DNA of 64,000 bases, from NCBI RefSeq assembly GCF_963921235.1, contig NC_086097.1, positions 122,886,001 to 122,950,000 on the forward strand, given 5' to 3'. The translations under genes and the position numbers were made by a program. This stretch comes from Mobula hypostoma. Lineage: Eukaryota. The first letter of the stretch is position 1; each line of letters opens with the position of its first letter. Of this stretch, positions 58,889 to 64,000 are shown piece by piece. The notes below the pieces were generated by a model. The model searched no databases. It was not told the origin of the DNA and saw only the letters and a program-made list of their open reading frames with translations.

Positions 58889-60589
58889 GCATCAAATAAA
58901 ATTGAAGCGAAACCATTTGTACCCTGATTCCCCTTATGACTTCTCTCATGAATTACTTATAGGAAAGTCTGAATAAGCACACAGAATGTTTTATTTTAAT
59001 CCATCAATCTGAGCAGTAATTTCAACATCACATTTATTGGCCATTGTTTGTTGCACCTTGTTGATTTATTCCAGCCATTAATGAGGACAGATAGTGATAC
59101 CTTGGGATGGTAGTCACATATACAGTAAACAAACTAGTTGTGATTGACAGGTCACCTTCAGATTTATTGTTTGGGTTACCAATTACCTTTTGGACTCAAT
59201 CTCCTCATGGCAAACAAATCCTTCTCTTTAGTATTCTTGGAGATTTCAGTAAACTTAAATACTCAAATAAACTTGGCCAAGGTCAATTTCACAAAAAAAG
59301 GAGAAACCGACTTACACTCTCAACGCAATGTTGGATTAAATACTGAAGTGTGACACACAAATGCTATTTTTTTGGGGATGGTAGTATACATAATCTTAAT
59401 AACTGCCTGGAATTACTTCAATATTAGGTGCACGGTTTAAGGTTTATTGAAATATTTGCACTGCTTTTCAGAATTAGAATCAGAATTATTATCACTGTCT
59501 TAGATCATGTGAGGTTTGTTTTGAGGCAGCAGAACAGTGTAAAGATATAAAAACACTGCAACTTACAAAAGTAAATGAATAGCGACAAAATAGTAATAAC
59601 AAGATAGTGTTTATGGATTCAAAGACTATTCAGAAATGTGATGGTGGAGGAGAACAAGCTGTTTATGAACCATTATGTGTGAAACTTCAGGCTCCTGTAC
59701 ATCTTTCGCAGTGGTAGTAAGAAGAGGGTATGTCCCAGGTCTCACTAAGGTAGCATCCTTAGTGATGGATGCCACCATTTTGAAGCACTGCCTCTTGACG
59801 CTGACCTCAGTGCGGAGAAGGTTTGAGTCTGTGATGGACCTGGTTGGGTCTGCAATTCCCTGCAGCCTTATGCAATTCTATGCATAACCAGCTGTGAATA
59901 AACCAGACAGAATGCTCTCCGCCTTTCATCTACAGAAATTTCTAGGAGTCTTTGAACAATGTCTTTGAACAAGCCTTTGCCCGACGCCGGCCCCCTAGGC
60001 CTGAGTCAACGTAGTAGTATTAGTAGTAGTTTGAACAATCAGTTATGGTTTTTGAATTATGATTTGTAAGCTCGTGCCCATGGTAACACTATGTATGTAT
60101 GCACCAAATTGTGCAACTCTGATCTGATCTCACAATCTACAGACTCATTTTCAGGGACCCTGCAACTCAGGTTCGCTGTTTTATTTATTTAAATTATTAT
60201 TTATCTGTTTGATTATTTCTTTCTTTCTTTGTTCATTGTTTACTTACTTAATTATTTTCTTATTGATTTACATTAGCATAATTTGTCTTCATTTCCACAT
60301 TGGTTGTTTGTCAATCCTTATTTATGTGTAGTTTTTTCATAAATTCTATTGCATTTCTTTATTTTCCTGTGAATGCTTGCAAGAACATCAATCACAAGGT
60401 GGTATATGGTGACAGATACATACTTCGATAATAAATTTACTTTTGACTTTGACAGGTTGAATTTAAAGGAGAATTTTCAGTGGATCTTGAGAGTGGGCAC
60501 CATCAATGTAAACCTATGAGTGACTGATCTCTCTCTCAGGTTTTTGAACATCTTGTGAGCAAAGCCACTGTGATGACTTATTAACCATA

Positions 60590-61010
60590 TGCATTCAGAT
60601 GTCACTTTATTAGGTACACCTGTGCACCTGCTCCTTAATACAAATATCTAATCAGCCAATCGTACAGCTGTAACTTAATGCAGATAAACGTGCAGATATG
60701 GTCAAGAGGTTCAGTTGTTGTTCAGACCAAACATCAGAATTGGGGAAAAAATGTGATTTATGTGACTTTGACCCTGGAATGATTTTTGGTGCCAGACTGG
60801 GTGGTTGGAGTTGCTCAGAAACTGTTGACCTCCTAGGATTTTCATGCACAACTGTCAAAAGAGTTTACAGAGGATGAGCGACTGTTCGGTGGGTGAAAAT
60901 GCCTTGTTAATGAGAGAGGTCAGAGGAGAATGGCCAGACTGGTTCAAGCTGACAGGAAGGTGACAGCAACTCAAATAACCTCACATTACAATAGTGGAGT
61001 GCAGAAGAGC
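60590..61010 (+). mobile_element. Tc1-like remnant
   Basis: cactttattaggtacacctgt TIR portion and transposase N-terminal remnant, same family as 13803-14833. Confidence 0.78.
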
Positions 61011-61376
61011 TGGTTTTGCTGTAGTTTTGTTGCTTGATTCATTCTGTTTTCTTGCTGAGCCCTGTGGGCATGCGATGATAGTGCCAGATCCATCTGGCAA
61101 AAATTGCAGGCTGCCACCAGCATATTGTCAGGTGTGTCGGTTGTTAAAGCAAATGACATATTTCACTGTATGCTTCCATGTACATGTGATAAGTAAATCT
61201 GAATCTGAATCATAGCATTTTATTATTCAGCATGGTATCTACCTGTCACTCAACTGCTATTACCTCTCAGTAATCACAGTCAATCCTGCAAGAATCCCAG
61301 TTCAGTGCAGATTTTTGCCTCTTGCCACTCAGTTGTCATTGCTTTCAGGAGGAGATCATTTGACCAACCACTGAGT

Positions 61377-61438
61377 TCACCAAAAATGTCGGCAACAAGC
61401 CATACCCTCAAGATCATAACTCCCTACATCATAAATCT
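61377..61438 (-). CDS. Candidate terminal coding exon of an unknown short protein, copy 2: (E)IYDVGSYDLEGMACCRHFW*
   Basis: Acceptor-like ttcttttaaag, same phase and stop as copy 1, and AATAAA downstream at 61219-61224 (minus). Confidence 0.3.
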
Positions 61439-61459
61439 CTTTAAAAGAATTAGTCATAG

Positions 61460-61765
61460 GCTCACAGAAATAGGCCTTCAGCTCATAGTGTCTATACTGA
61501 CCTTTGACCATTCCTACATTAATCCCATGTTTTATTCTCCACACATTCCCATCAATTTTTCTTGCTTACTTACAATTTACAGTACCCAACTAAGCAACCA
61601 ACCTGTAAGTTTTTTGGAATGTGGGAAAGGAACAAAGCACCTGGAGGAGACACACACAGTCACAGGGGGATTGTGAAAACTCCACATAGACAGCATCGGA
61701 GCTCAGGATTAAGCTTAGGCCTCTATTACTGTGAGGAAGCTGCGCTTCTAGATGTGGGGTAGTGA
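61460..61765 (-). mobile_element. Old SINE with CR1-like 3' end; the paralogous copy is split at 34590-35103 and 39269-39435
   Basis: Conserved SINE body (tttggaatgtggga.ggaa..aagcacctggagga..cacac.gtcacaggg) and a CR1-like cagaaa.aggcc.ttcagc end. Confidence 0.65.
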
Positions 61766-62179
61766 CTGCTAGCCGTATCACTGTATTGCCCTGCAATAGG
61801 GCTTGGGTGACTGCAGAAAGTGTTCTAGCCCAGTTCAACCCTGAATGGGAATCTTCCAGGCACCAGTGAGCTTCGTACAGAATCTCCCCAGTCGATGAAA
61901 GTTGAAAGTTAAAAGTTAAAGTTGAGTTTATTGTCGTATCCACAAGTACATGTATGTGCAGGTGCAGTGAAAATCTTACTTGCAGCAGCATTACAAGTAT
62001 ATCAAGATTAAAGGAACAAGATAACTTTAATCAGCATATACATTTACATGTAATAGGAATTTGCCACGGTGTGTTGGTCAGGATGCGACATTCAGCAAAA
62101 AACAATGACATTCAACATTTATTAAGCATAAAGAATTGCATAAAAGTAAAGTTAAATGTTAAAGTACAGATTTGGGATA

Positions 62180-62491
62180 GAATAGAATAGGCATCCATTA
62201 GTCTCGTGAGACCATGGATTTGCACCTTGGAAGGTTTCCATGGTGCAGGCCTGGGCAAGTTTGTATGGAAGACCGGCGGTTGCCCATGCTGCAAGTCTCC
62301 CCTCTCCATACCACCGATGTTGTCCAAGGGAAGGGCACTAGGGCCGATACAGCTTGGCACCGGTGTCGTCGCAGAGCAATGGGTGGTTAAGTGCCTTGCT
62401 CAAGGACACAACACGCTGCCTCAGCTGAGGCTCGAACTAGCGACCTTCAGATCACTAGACTGACGCCTTAACCACTTGGCCACGCGCCTAC
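62180..62491 (-). mobile_element. tRNA-derived SINE, young, with TSD
   Basis: Minus-strand head with A box tggccaagtgg and B box gttcgagcc, short (ctatt)n tail, and a 14-bp TSD acagatttgg(g/a)ata at 62166-62179 and 62492-62505. Confidence 0.88.
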
Positions 62492-64000
62492 ACAGATTTG
62501 GAATAATACATGCATAAATGTACAACAAAAACCATATTTAACAATCATAAAGAATAAATAATTATATCTAAATAATAAAAAGCTAATGAACTCAGAGGTT
62601 AAAGGATGGATATGGAATAAAATGCATAAATACACAAATAACAACATGCACACTCGTACATATAAGATGTCACTGATGCCTAATTTGGTGTATTGGATGC
62701 AGTTCTGGTTTCCCACCTACAGGAAAGATATGAATAAGATTGAATGAGTGTAGAGAAAATTTGCAAGAGTGCTTCTGGGACTTGAAGACCTGAGTTATAT
62801 GGAAAGGTTGAATAGGTTAGGATTTTATTCAAAGTTCAAAGTACAAAGTACATTAATTATCAAAGTATATGTTCTGTATACAACCTTGAGATTCACCTCC
62901 TTACAGGCAGCCAGAAATCAAAGAAACCCAATCAAAGAAATCAAAGGAACCCATTAATAAAGAAAACTATCAAACACTCAATGTGCAAAAAAAAACAAAT
63001 CGTACGAAGAATAAAAAGTAAGCAAATAATATTCAGAACTAAAGAACACAAAAGTGAGTCCACAGCCACGAGGCCAATCAACACTTCAGTCAGGTCAGGA
63101 GCCCATCAGACGCAGGCTGCAGCCTGATTTCAGCACAGAGATGAGTAATCCTTACTGTGCGGCAAGCTGAACGCTGGCCGATTCCTTGCCTCTAGCCCCG
63201 ACACCGTTACCTTTTCAGTCTCGCCCAGCACTTACATTGGCCGGACCTCAGCTTGTTCTTTGCTCTCAGGCATGGGCCCTGCTGCTTCGATACACTCTCG
63301 GGCCCAGCTCCTCCACCTTGATTCTGCCCGTACCTGACCTTTCTAATCTGGCCTGGCACTTAAATCAGTCAAACATTGGCCTGCTCCTCATGCTTAGGGC
63401 CAAGGCTTGGAATGAGGAGGTAGAAAAATGAGGGACAACTAGAGGAAATAATGTCCTCTACACTCCAGAGATTCAACCTTTCCCTGTAACTCAAGTCCTC
63501 CAGTAACAACAACATCATTCTAAATTTTATCTGTACACACTCAATCTTATTGATCTTGAAGTTCTTCGGAAAATTTATTGATTACAGTCATTTGATTAAG
63601 TGTCACAAGAACAGAGAATGAACAACCAATAAGATGTTGTAGTAATCTCAATCTTAGAGCAGAAATAAACAGCATTCCAGTGATAGCAATTAACCTGTAA
63701 AATAGACAGATTTAAGTGGCATGACTCCTGCTGCAGAAAAACTGAGAAGCTTTGAGAAAATTGATATCATTGATATCTTTTCTGTAGGTAGGTGACCAGA
63801 ACTGCACATAGTACTCTAAATTAGGCTTCACCAATGTTCTAGCTTCAACATAACATCCCAGCTCCAATGTGCCTAAAGCTCTCTTTACAACCCTATTTAA
63901 CCATGATGCCACTTTCAAAGAATTATGGATCTGTATTCCCAGATCCCTTTGTTCTACCGCTGGTTTTCCTGGCCGTCACTTCTTCCCATTTAGTTCGAAG

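Noticed and set aside
61280..61430. Alternative minus-strand frame (..VWLVADIFGELSGWSNDLLLKAMTTEWQ..) through the duplicated block
   Set aside because: The paralog has an in-frame TGA in the middle, and this copy has a TAG just after the shared acceptor, so the frame is not jointly conserved.
62420..62490. tRNA-like sequence on the minus strand
   Set aside because: It is the head of a TSD-flanked SINE. I see no complete acceptor stem, so it is not called as a tRNA gene.

Overview
This is repeat-dense vertebrate nuclear DNA. The repeat mix (many CR1 LINE families, Rex1/Babar-type LINEs, Penelope-derived hairpins, tRNA-SINEs, Tc1/Tigger/hAT remnants, Gypsy elements) suggests a cartilaginous fish such as a ray or shark; that is inference only. 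Nearly all ORFs in the track are decayed retroelement ORFs or their antisense shadows, and I recognise no intact host gene. The window is a set of nested insertions. (1) A Gmr1-type Gypsy element with integrase before RT (1-6001) is split by a young CR1. (2) A CR1 at 14.9-20.9 kb carries a Penelope hairpin and a nearly intact second CR1. (3) A Tf1/sushi-type Gypsy element (42.1-54.3 kb, minus) holds a CR1, which in turn holds a Tigger and a head-to-tail pair of CR1s. The most notable signals are a minimal hammerhead ribozyme in a Penelope terminal repeat (22525-22560) with three related fold-back insertions, a tRNA-independent self-priming signature in the sushi-type LTR, and a CR1 whose 5' end is a 103-bp monomer array ending in a YY1-like motif. 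There is also an old segmental duplication (about 34.0-42.0 kb vs 61.0-64.0 kb) carrying a candidate short Cys-Cys terminal exon, with possible upstream micro-exons at 59.2-59.3 kb. Family names and most boundaries were read by eye, with no database search. CR1 family letters A-D are my own labels.
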